From Candidatus Latescibacterota bacterium (lineage in GTDB: Bacteria > Latescibacterota > UBA2968 > UBA8231), in contig OZ252098.1 in assembly GCA_965248355.1 (NCBI GenBank), positions 4,064,001 to 4,128,000 on the forward strand: a DNA stretch of 64,000 bases, read 5' to 3'. The notes beneath the pieces were generated by a model. The model was not told the origin of the DNA. It made no database searches and saw nothing but the letters and a program-made list of their open reading frames with translations. The translations under genes and the position numbers were made by a program. Below, in pieces: positions 8,790 to 16,908 of this stretch. How positions within the stretch are numbered: position 1 is the first letter of the stretch; each line of letters opens with the position of its first letter.

Positions 8790-10343
8790 ATGCTGATACC
8801 GCGCAGGGCAACACCGATCGCGCTGGCCCTCTTTCTCGCCCTGGCGGGCGGAGCCTTTGCCGGCGACAACCAGAACGCGACCTTCACCCTCGTCGGCGAT
8901 GCATCGGTGTCCGATGTCGGTACCGACGAGAGAGTGAGCTTGGAGGTTTCCGCGGGGGGCCTGGTGGGCGTGAAGAACCTGGAGGTCGTCCTCGAGGTCT
9001 CTGACGCCGCCCACTTCGACCTGGGTTCGGCCAGGCTGGCCCTGGGCGGAGCCTTCGAGGATGTCCAGACCCTTCAGCCCCCCTCGCAGATGGAGGAGGG
9101 GACCGACAACCAGATTCGCCTGGCCGCGGCCGTCCTTCCGCCCGACCAGGTCGACGGGGAGGCTTCCTTCACCCTCTCGGTGAAGACCTCCGAAGGCTTT
9201 ACCAGCGAGACTGAGGCCTCGGTGAGCGTGGCCTTGATCTCCATCGGACCCAGCCTCGACGACCGGGACGAGTTCGACGCGGAGACTCTCGGGTTGACCC
9301 TGGTGGTCAATCCGCCGCCGCCCCCGGTCACCGATCCCGCTTTGGCGGCCTCCACGGCCACCGACGTGAGCGCGGATTATTCGGCCGTCGATACCGGCGC
9401 TTCGGCGGACGGCAGCGACGGCGAGGTCACTCTCGGCGTCTCCTTCGCCGATGCCTCCGGGGCCGCCGCCGCCGGCCAGAGCATCACCTTTACCGTGAGC
9501 AACGCCGGGTCCGAGACCGTGCACGTCCTCGGTGAGGGCTCCGCTGCCGCCGGTGAGTCGCTCGAGGTGAGCGTCGACACCGACGGCTCGGGCGCTGCCT
9601 CCATCACCCTCGACGCCGAGGGTGACAAGTCCGCCGGCAGCACCAGCGTTTCCGTCTCGGCCGCTACCAGCGCCGACAACTCCGAAGGCACTTCGATGGC
9701 CCTGGGCGTTGACTTTGCCGTCACCTGGGACGTCCCCGTGCCCGCCGAGTTGGCCAGCTTCGCCGGCGAGATCGCCGGAGAGGAGGAGATCCTCCTGCGC
9801 TGGAGCGTCGCCTCCCAGACCAACAACCTCGGATGGGAGGTCTATCGCAGCGTCGACGGCGAGGTCTTCGAGCGCGTCGGCCCGCTGGTTGCCGGCGACG
9901 GCACCACCGACGAGTTCCGCACCTACGAGTTCGTCGACGTGGATCCGCCGGGCTCCGACGTCCTCTACTATTACTTGCGGCAGGTCGATCTGAACGGCGC
10001 CGTCACCCGCTCCCAGACAATCGAGATTCTCTTTGCTACGGGTCTTGGAGAACAGGTGATTCCCCTGGCCAGCGCCCTGCAACAGAATTATCCCAACCCC
10101 TTCAACCCTGGTACCACCATCCGCTTCGATCTCGCCGAGGGGTCCTTCGTGACCCTGCGTATCTACGATGGCCTCGGCCAGGTGGTGCGCACCCTCGCCG
10201 AGGCCGCCCTGCCTCCCGGCAGCTACAGCAAGCTCTGGGATGGCCGCGACACCCGCGGTGTCAGAGTCGGCAGCGGCGTCTACTACTACGAGTTGCGCGC
10301 CGGGCCCTTCAGCAGCATGAAGAAGATGACCCTCGTTCAGTAG
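8790..10343 (+). CDS. Secreted protein with cohesin-like/Ig-like domains and a T9SS/FlgD-type C-terminal domain
   Basis: Signal peptide; VPAELASF...WSVASQTNNLGWEVYRS pre-CTD motif; QNYPNPFNP...GSGVYYYEL...KKMTLVQ. Confidence 0.85.
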   Translation: MLIPRRATPIALALFLALAGGAFAGDNQNATFTLVGDASVSDVGTDERVSLEVSAGGLVGVKNLEVVLEVSDAAHFDLGSARLALGGAFEDVQTLQPPSQMEEGTDNQIRLAAAVLPPDQVDGEASFTLSVKTSEGFTSETEASVSVALISIGPSLDDRDEFDAETLGLTLVVNPPPPPVTDPALAASTATDVSADYSAVDTGASADGSDGEVTLGVSFADASGAAAAGQSITFTVSNAGSETVHVLGEGSAAAGESLEVSVDTDGSGAASITLDAEGDKSAGSTSVSVSAATSADNSEGTSMALGVDFAVTWDVPVPAELASFAGEIAGEEEILLRWSVASQTNNLGWEVYRSVDGEVFERVGPLVAGDGTTDEFRTYEFVDVDPPGSDVLYYYLRQVDLNGAVTRSQTIEILFATGLGEQVIPLASALQQNYPNPFNPGTTIRFDLAEGSFVTLRIYDGLGQVVRTLAEAALPPGSYSKLWDGRDTRGVRVGSGVYYYELRAGPFSSMKKMTLVQ

Positions 10344-10386
10344 AGGGATTCCATTCCCGGGTCGATCGATGATCCCGGGGCACCTT

Positions 10387-10429
10387 GAGGCCGCCGGAGC
10401 CCGCCGGGATCCGGCGGCCTTGTCTTTTT
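10387..10429 (+). terminator. Rho-independent terminator
   Basis: AGGCCGCCGGA...TCCGGCGGCCT stem followed by TGTCTTTTT. Confidence 0.7.
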
Positions 10430-10449
10430 CGGCCGGAGCCCTTTCCGAG

Positions 10450-10477
10450 TTGCCGCCCTTCGGGCCCTCCGTATATT
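10450..10477 (+). promoter_or_regulatory. Putative sigma70 promoter, very short leader to moaD/E
   Basis: TTGCCG, 16 nt, TATATT; ATG 12 nt downstream. Confidence 0.45.
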
Positions 10478-10489
10478 GGAAGTTGCCCA

Positions 10490-11176
10490 ATGGCTCGACT
10501 GAAGGTCCTGTTCTTCGCCTCCTGCCGTGAGGCCGCCGGCCGCCGGGAAGCCGACCTCGAGCTGGAGGGCCCGCTCACCGTGGCCGGGCTGCTCGAAACC
10601 CTCTGTCGTGACCACCCTTCCCTCGGACCGCTTTCCGGCATTCTCCAGGTCGCCGTGAACGCCGAGTACGCGTCCCGCGACGCTCCTCTCCGCGACGGTG
10701 ACGAGATCGCCCTCATCCCTCCGGTCAGCGGTGGATCCGGCGATGTCTTCCGCATCGTCAGCGGGGCCATCGCCCTCGACGCCCTTCAGGATCTGGTGAG
10801 GACGCCCGAGGACGGGGCGGTCGTGACCTTCTCCGGCACGGTCCGGGGCCGCACGGGGGACCGGGAGACCTCCTACCTCGAGTACGAGGCCTACCCGGAG
10901 ATGGCCGAGGGCGTCATGGCCCGCCTGGCCGCCGAGGCGAGGCAGCGCTGGCCGGTGGGCCGGGTCGGCATCCTGCACCGCGTGGGGCGTCTGGAGGTCG
11001 GGGAGATTTCCATACTCGTCAGTGTCGCCGCGGGACATCGCCGGGAGGCCTTCGAGGCCTGCCACCACCTGGTCGACCGTCTCAAGGAGGTGGTCCCCAT
11101 CTGGAAGAAGGAGGTCGGTCCCGGCGGAGAGTACTGGGTCGAGGGACCCGCCGCCGGGAAAGCGCCGGCCGGATGA
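10490..11176 (+). CDS. moaE: Molybdopterin synthase MoaD-MoaE fusion (MoaX-like)
   Basis: N-terminal VLFFA...VAVN...DGDEIALIPPVSGG (MoaD) fused in frame to GAVVTFSGTVR...LEYEAY...HRVGRL...PIWKKE (MoaE). Confidence 0.92.
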   Translation: MARLKVLFFASCREAAGRREADLELEGPLTVAGLLETLCRDHPSLGPLSGILQVAVNAEYASRDAPLRDGDEIALIPPVSGGSGDVFRIVSGAIALDALQDLVRTPEDGAVVTFSGTVRGRTGDRETSYLEYEAYPEMAEGVMARLAAEARQRWPVGRVGILHRVGRLEVGEISILVSVAAGHRREAFEACHHLVDRLKEVVPIWKKEVGPGGEYWVEGPAAGKAPAG

Positions 11177-11610
11177 TCCACAACTTCGGCTGGATCCTCC
11201 CCGTCCGGCTGGCCGGTTTCGGGCTCTCGGGAGAGCTGACCGAGGCCAATGTTCGCACCCTGGAGCGCGCCGGCGTGGGGGCCCTCGTAACCCTTACGGA
11301 GCAGGCCGTGTGCCCGGAGCCGCCGGGTCTGCGCTATCTCCACCTGCCGGTGCCGGACATGACCGTTCCCCGGCCGGAGCAGGTGGATCGCTTTCTGGAG
11401 TTCGTCGCCGCTGCGGAGAGCGCCGGGCTGGCTTCCGCAGTCCATTGCCGCGCCGGTCTGGGGCGTACGGGCACTATGCTCGCGTGCTACCTCGTGTCGC
11501 GGGGAGAGGCCCCCGAGGACGCTCTCGAGCAGGTCCGCCGCCACCGGCCCGGGTCGGTGGAGACCGCCGGCCAGGAGGAGGCCGTGCGCGCCTTCGCCCG
11601 GCGGGCCTGA
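11173..11610 (+). CDS. Dual-specificity/tyrosine phosphatase family protein (CX5R)
   Basis: VHCRAGLGRTG P-loop, LPVPD acid loop, RPGSVET..QE; ATGA overlap with moaE. Confidence 0.9.
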   Translation: MIHNFGWILPVRLAGFGLSGELTEANVRTLERAGVGALVTLTEQAVCPEPPGLRYLHLPVPDMTVPRPEQVDRFLEFVAAAESAGLASAVHCRAGLGRTGTMLACYLVSRGEAPEDALEQVRRHRPGSVETAGQEEAVRAFARRA

Positions 11611-11695
11611 GGCCCGCCGAATCGAGCCGGCTGCGAGGGCGCTCTCCCGCGCCCGGCGGCCTCAGCTCATCCATCGGGAGGGGAGGTCTTCTTGC

Positions 11696-11887
11696 ATGGA
11701 TACTGGATTCCCTGTCTGCCTGAAGTGCGAGCAGGGCGTGCTGGTCCCGCTGTCGGACTACGGCCGCGAGGGCGCGTCCATCCACTACAAGGCATGGGTC
11801 TGCACCAATCCCGAGTGCGGATACAACCTCCGGATCGACAACGGCGAGCTCAGCGTCGGCAAGGAGATCCGCGAATCCTGGAAATAG
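11696..11887 (+). CDS. Small zinc-ribbon protein, function unknown
   Basis: GGAGG RBS; CLKC...CTNPEC; typical GC3-rich codon usage. Confidence 0.75.
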   Translation: MDTGFPVCLKCEQGVLVPLSDYGREGASIHYKAWVCTNPECGYNLRIDNGELSVGKEIRESWK

Positions 11888-11906
11888 CCCTTCCCCCGGC
11901 CTTCTG

Positions 11907-12833
11907 ATGCGGCGCTGGCTCTTCGCGGACTGGGGGCTCAAATTCGGCGCCCTCCTCCTCGGGGGTGGTCTGTGGTTCCACGCCGTCACCGAGCACTCCT
12001 TCCACCGGGAGTTCGACATCCCCCTGGAGGTGGCCGATCCCGCCAACCTCACCGGCGGTTCCCCCCTTGTGCTGGCCAGCCCGCCGCCGGCAACGGTGCG
12101 GGTCCTGGTCCGAGGGGTCGGCAAGGATCTGCTGCGCACGTCCGGCTCCGATTTCGTCATGGGCGTCGAGCCCCGGTCCCGGGAGCCGCGCACCCTCGCC
12201 ATTCGCCTGAGACCCGGGCAGGTGGGCGCCCATCCGGAGTACGAGGTCACCGTCGAGCAGGTGGTGGAGCCCCGGGAGCTGAGCCTCCGGGTCGACCGCC
12301 GGGCCGAGCGCAGCGTGCCGGTCCGCCCCAGGATCGGCCTTCGGCTCGCCGATGCCTACACCCGGGTCGGCGGCGTTCGCGTCTCCCCGGACTCTGTGCG
12401 CATGGTCGGGCCCGCCGGCCAGGTGAGGTCCGTCGAGGCCATCTTGACCGACTCCCTCTTCGAGGAGGAGGTGCGGGCCGATGTGGACCGGAAGCTGGCG
12501 GTCCGGCCGCCGCCGGACACCATGATCCGCCTCCTCACCGAAGAGGTGAGGGTTACCGTCGACGTGCAGGAGCTGGCCGAGTACGAGATCCCCGAGGTGC
12601 CCGTCCTCGTTCGCGGCGGCCCTCCAGGCGCCGTGGCCAGGCCGGCGCGGGTCACCGTTCGAGTTCGCGGCGGGGCCGATCTCATCGGCGCCCTGGACCC
12701 GGAGAGCGATCTCGGCTTGTTCGTCGAGTACGCCGGACCGGAGGCCGGCCAGCGGGAGATCGCGGCCCCCGGGGACCGCCTCTACGAGGTCCGCCAGATC
12801 ACCCCTTCCGACGCCGAAATCCTCCTTCGCTGA
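11907..12833 (+). CDS. YbbR/CdaR-like domain protein
   Basis: N-terminal DWGLKFGALLLGGGLW TM followed by repeated V.V.V.G beta domains (VSPDSVRMVGP, RPARVTVRVRG). Confidence 0.8.
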   Translation: MRRWLFADWGLKFGALLLGGGLWFHAVTEHSFHREFDIPLEVADPANLTGGSPLVLASPPPATVRVLVRGVGKDLLRTSGSDFVMGVEPRSREPRTLAIRLRPGQVGAHPEYEVTVEQVVEPRELSLRVDRRAERSVPVRPRIGLRLADAYTRVGGVRVSPDSVRMVGPAGQVRSVEAILTDSLFEEEVRADVDRKLAVRPPPDTMIRLLTEEVRVTVDVQELAEYEIPEVPVLVRGGPPGAVARPARVTVRVRGGADLIGALDPESDLGLFVEYAGPEAGQREIAAPGDRLYEVRQITPSDAEILLR

Positions 12834-12837
12834 GCGG

Positions 12838-13863
12838 GTGACGGTTCTCGGCCTCGAGACCTCCTGCGACGAGACCTCCGCCGCCGTTCTCGACGGCGGC
12901 CAGGTGCGCTCCAACGTCGTTCTCTCCCAGCAGGACCACGCCGCCTATGGAGGGGTGGTCCCGGAGCTTGCCTCCCGGGCCCACCTGCGCACCCTGGGGC
13001 CCGTCGTCGAGCAGGCCTTGCGGGAGGCGGGCGTTGATCTGGACGACGTCGAGGCCGTGGCCGTCACCTTCGGCCCGGGCCTGGTGGGTTCCCTGCTCGT
13101 GGGGGTCAACTTCGCCAAGGGCCTGGCCTGGTCCCGGCGCCTCGCCCTGATCGGCGTCCACCACCTGGAGGGCCACCTGTTCTCGGCCCGCCTTGGCGGC
13201 GATCCGGGGCTGGAGCCTCCCTTCGTGGCCCTCCTCGTCTCGGGGGGGCACACCGAGCTGATCCATGTCGAAGCCTACGGCGCCTATCGCTACCTCGGCC
13301 GCACCCTCGACGACGCGGCCGGAGAGGCCTTCGACAAGGTGGCTCGGCTCCTGGGCCTGCTCTCCTCCAGCTCCGCCGTTCACGGGGGCCGGGTCCTGGC
13401 CGAGGCCGCCGAAGGCGGTGACCCGGAGGCCGTGGACCTCCCCCGGCCCCGGCCCGGCCGGGAGGGCCTGCTCGACTTCAGCTTCAGCGGCCTCAAGACC
13501 GCGGTCCGGCGCCGGGTCGTGGCCGGCGCGGGCGCAGGCCCGAGGGTCGAGGACCTGGCGGCTTCCTTCCAGGAGGCCGTGGTGGACGTCCTCGTCGGCC
13601 GCGCCCGGGAGGCCGTGGAGAGGACCGCCGTGGAGCGGGTCGCCCTGGTGGGGGGAGTGGCCGCCAACCGCCGGCTGCGCGGGAGGCTCCGGGAGACCCT
13701 CGGCCGGCTCGGTGTCGCTCTCTTCGTCCCCGAGCCCGTGCTGTGCACGGACAACGCCGCCATGATCGCCGCCGCCGGCCGCTTCCGCCTCCTTCGCGGG
13801 GAGCGCAGCGACTGGCGGCTGGACGCGTGTCCCCGTCCCCCCCTGCCCGGACTGGTGCCGTGA
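12838..13863 (+). CDS. tsaD: tRNA N6-threonylcarbamoyltransferase TsaD
   Basis: LGLETSCDETS, YGGVVPELASRAH, HHLEGH, LLVSGGHT, DDAAGEAFDK, CTDNAAMIA. Confidence 0.97.
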   Translation: MTVLGLETSCDETSAAVLDGGQVRSNVVLSQQDHAAYGGVVPELASRAHLRTLGPVVEQALREAGVDLDDVEAVAVTFGPGLVGSLLVGVNFAKGLAWSRRLALIGVHHLEGHLFSARLGGDPGLEPPFVALLVSGGHTELIHVEAYGAYRYLGRTLDDAAGEAFDKVARLLGLLSSSSAVHGGRVLAEAAEGGDPEAVDLPRPRPGREGLLDFSFSGLKTAVRRRVVAGAGAGPRVEDLAASFQEAVVDVLVGRAREAVERTAVERVALVGGVAANRRLRGRLRETLGRLGVALFVPEPVLCTDNAAMIAAAGRFRLLRGERSDWRLDACPRPPLPGLVP

Positions 13864-15989
13864 CCGGATCGGGATGGTCCCTGGACGGCGTCTGGGCCTG
13901 GCTCCTGCTGGCCCCCTTCCTCGTCTGGCTCGGCCGCTGGATCTACCGCCGCACCCGCCCCGAGGTCCCCCCACCCACCAGGCGCCTCCTCTGGGTCCTG
14001 CGCGGCCTGGCCCTGGTCCTGGTGCTGCTGGTCCTCGCCGAGCCCCTGTTCTCCTGGTTCGCCCGGCGCGCCCGCCGTCCCGTGGTGGTGGCCCTGGTCG
14101 ACACCAGCGCCTCCATGAACGTGGTCGAGCGGGGAAGCAGCCGCCTCGAGAGGGCCCTGGAGGTCCTCGGCGGCGGCCTGCGGGAGGATCTGCGCGAGGC
14201 CGTGCTGCGGGGCTTCTCGGCCGGATCCTGGCCCGTCTCCCTCGACACGCTCTCCCGGATCGCCGCCGGGGGGCTGTCCACCGACCTGTCCGCCGCCCTG
14301 CTGGCGGCCGAGGAGGCGGTCCCCGACCGCCGCACCCTGGGCGGGGTGCTGCTGGTCACCGACGGCCGCCACAATCTCGGGGAGGATCCGGCCGTCGTGG
14401 CCGCCTCCCTCGGGGTTCCCGTCTTCGCCCTCGGCGCCGGCTCCGGCGAGCCCGCCGCCGACGTGCAGTTGCTGTCCGCCGCCGCTCCCGGGGCCGCCTT
14501 CGCCGGGCGCCCCGTCCGCCTGGAGATCGCCCTGCGCAGCTGGGGCTACCAGGGAAAGCCGGCACTGGTCAGCGTCTCCACCGAGGAGGAGGAGCTGGTC
14601 CGGTCGCAGGTCCTGCTCGGCGCCGACGGCCAGCTTCTGCCGGCGGACATCGAGCTGCCGCCCCTGTCCGCGGGCCCCCACCTGCTCACGGTCGCCGTCG
14701 AAGAACTCGACGGCGAGCTCACCCGCCAGAACAACCGCAGGCTCCTGTCCCTGCACCTGCGCCGGGATCGCCTGCGCGTTCTGCTCGCCGCTGGCGGCCC
14801 GGGCCCCGAGGCCGCCTTCCTGAGGCGCGCCCTGGCCGCCGACTCCTCCCTGCACGTGGCCGCCCGGATCCGGCGGGACGACCGTTCCTTCTACGGCGGC
14901 GAGCCCCTGCCCGCGAGCCTGGACGACTGGGACTGCCTGGTCCTCCTCGATCCGGACGAGGAGCTGACCGGCGCCCTCGGCGGCGTCGAGGGGTTCCTGC
15001 GCTCGGGGCGCGGGCTTCTCGTGTTCGCCGGGTCCCGCCTCCTGCGCGCCCCGGGCCCGCCCCGGGAGCTGGACCGCCTGTTGCCCCTGTCCTGGGACCA
15101 CCCGGCCGTCATCGAGGCCACCGGGGATCCGGTGCAGGCCGCCGCCGGGGGTCGCGACCACCCTCTCGGCCGGCTGCTCTCGCAGACCGGGGGGCGGGCC
15201 TCCTGGCGGGGGTGGCCGCCCCTGTCGGGTACCCTTCGGGGGGCCCGCCCGGCCCCGGGTGCCCGCCTGTTGCTGCAGACCTCTTCCGGAGACCCGGTCC
15301 TGGCGGCCGGCTCCGTGGGCCCCGGGCGGGTCCTCATGGCCGCCGGCACCGGGTTCTGGCGCCTCGACCTGCTCGCCGCCGGTCTCGGTGAGGAGGCGGC
15401 GAGCCTGCGCGCCTTCTGGCCCGCCGCCGTCCGCTGGCTGGCGGCGGCCTCCGAGACCGGCCGGGTCCGCTCGTCGCCGGAGAGGCCCGTCTACCGCGCC
15501 GGCGAGCCGGTCTCCGTGGTGGCCGAGGTCTACGACGAGCTCAACGAGCCGGTCGATTCGGCGCGGGTCACCATCGTCCTCATGCCGGGGAGCCGCGAGG
15601 CGGCCATGGAGCCGGCCGGGGCCGGCCGCTTCCGGTCCTCCTGGACCGGGTTGGAGGCCGGCGAGTACACCTACCAGGTCGAAGCCGCCCGCCGCGGGGA
15701 CTCTCTCGGCCGTTCCCGGGGCCGCTTCGTCGTCGAGAGCCACTCGGTGGAGGCCGTGGATCTGCGCGCCGACCCCGCCCTCCTGGCCGAGATCGCCGCC
15801 CTCAGCGGCGGCGAGTACCGGCCCCTCGAAGGCTGGCGGGACCTGAGGGGCCGCCTGCGGCCCCCGCCGCGCGTGGTCCCGGAGGAGCGGCGTCTGGCCG
15901 TCGAGGTCGACCAGTACCTCTGGCTGGGGCTGGTCGCCGTCCTCCTCACGGGAGAATGGCTGATCCGCAAGAGGGGAGGCATGCTGTGA
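13860..15989 (+). CDS. Membrane-anchored vWA / glutamine-amidotransferase-like domain protein
   Basis: N-terminal TMs; MIDAS-like VDTSASM, TDL, VTDG; C-terminal TM ...EWLIRKRGGML; GTGA overlap with tsaD. Confidence 0.8.
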   Translation: MTGSGWSLDGVWAWLLLAPFLVWLGRWIYRRTRPEVPPPTRRLLWVLRGLALVLVLLVLAEPLFSWFARRARRPVVVALVDTSASMNVVERGSSRLERALEVLGGGLREDLREAVLRGFSAGSWPVSLDTLSRIAAGGLSTDLSAALLAAEEAVPDRRTLGGVLLVTDGRHNLGEDPAVVAASLGVPVFALGAGSGEPAADVQLLSAAAPGAAFAGRPVRLEIALRSWGYQGKPALVSVSTEEEELVRSQVLLGADGQLLPADIELPPLSAGPHLLTVAVEELDGELTRQNNRRLLSLHLRRDRLRVLLAAGGPGPEAAFLRRALAADSSLHVAARIRRDDRSFYGGEPLPASLDDWDCLVLLDPDEELTGALGGVEGFLRSGRGLLVFAGSRLLRAPGPPRELDRLLPLSWDHPAVIEATGDPVQAAAGGRDHPLGRLLSQTGGRASWRGWPPLSGTLRGARPAPGARLLLQTSSGDPVLAAGSVGPGRVLMAAGTGFWRLDLLAAGLGEEAASLRAFWPAAVRWLAAASETGRVRSSPERPVYRAGEPVSVVAEVYDELNEPVDSARVTIVLMPGSREAAMEPAGAGRFRSSWTGLEAGEYTYQVEAARRGDSLGRSRGRFVVESHSVEAVDLRADPALLAEIAALSGGEYRPLEGWRDLRGRLRPPPRVVPEERRLAVEVDQYLWLGLVAVLLTGEWLIRKRGGML

Positions 15990-16861
15990 CGCGACCGGCG
16001 AATCGAGCCCGCCCACGTTTTTCCCTGGCGGCGGCCCTCCTGGCCAGCCTCGGGTGGCAGGCCTGGCCCACCCACTCCCAGGTGATTCTGAGCGAGGTCA
16101 TGGCCGATCCGGCGGGAAGCGAGCACCACGAGGAGTTCGTGGAGTTGCAGAACACGGGGGCCGATTCCGTCGATCTGTCCGGCTGGCGTCTGGGCGACGC
16201 CGAAGAGCTGGACGCGATCGTCGACGCGGGATCCGGAATCCGCCTGGCACCGGGGGAGTTCGCTCTCGTCGTCGATGGCAGCTACGGCGGCAACTCCGCG
16301 GCCTACGACTCGGTGCGAAAGTGGGCCGTTATCCTTACTATTGAAGACCGGTCCTTCGGCCGCGCGGGCTGGTCCAACTCCACTCCCGAGGTGGTCCTCC
16401 TGCGCGATCCCCGCGGCGCCGTGGCCGATTCCTTCACCTACGATCCTTCCGAGGGCATCGCCGGCCATTCCTGGGAGCGCCGGGACGCGGAGCCGCCCGT
16501 CTGGCAGGCGTCCTATCTGGCCGGCGGCACCCCCGGACGGGGCAACAGTGTAAACCGGCCTGCGGCGGCCGGTGGCCGCATCGAGATCGAGGCGCAGCCG
16601 GACCCCTTCGGCGATCGGCTCGAGCTTCTCTGCCGCCTCCCCGCGGCGCCGGCCCTGCTGGCGGTCACCGTCTTCGATGCCGAAGGACGCCGGGTGGCGC
16701 GGCTCTCCCATTGGCGGCCGGCCGCCATCGAGACCCGCCTGGCCTGGGACGGCCGCGACGCCCGCGGGCGGCCCGTCGCCCCGGGGCTGTACGTGGTCTT
16801 CGTGCAGTCCAGCGCCGGGGGACGCGTCGTCAGCGGCAAGCGAGTCGTGACCCGGCGTTGA
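15986..16861 (+). CDS. Secreted lamin-tail-domain protein with FlgD/T9SS-like C-terminus
   Basis: VILSEVMADP...EFVELQN...VDLSGWRL; GGTPGRGNS; WDGRD..G.PVAPGLYVV. Confidence 0.8.
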   Translation: MTRPANRARPRFSLAAALLASLGWQAWPTHSQVILSEVMADPAGSEHHEEFVELQNTGADSVDLSGWRLGDAEELDAIVDAGSGIRLAPGEFALVVDGSYGGNSAAYDSVRKWAVILTIEDRSFGRAGWSNSTPEVVLLRDPRGAVADSFTYDPSEGIAGHSWERRDAEPPVWQASYLAGGTPGRGNSVNRPAAAGGRIEIEAQPDPFGDRLELLCRLPAAPALLAVTVFDAEGRRVARLSHWRPAAIETRLAWDGRDARGRPVAPGLYVVFVQSSAGGRVVSGKRVVTRR

Positions 16862-16908
16862 GCCTGGAGGCCCTCCCCCCGGCCTCCTCCTTGGGACGAG
16901 CATCCGAC

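Noticed and set aside
10344..10489. Moco riboswitch upstream of moaD/E
   Set aside because: The region is explained by a terminator and a promoter close to the ATG; no room for, or motif of, the riboswitch.
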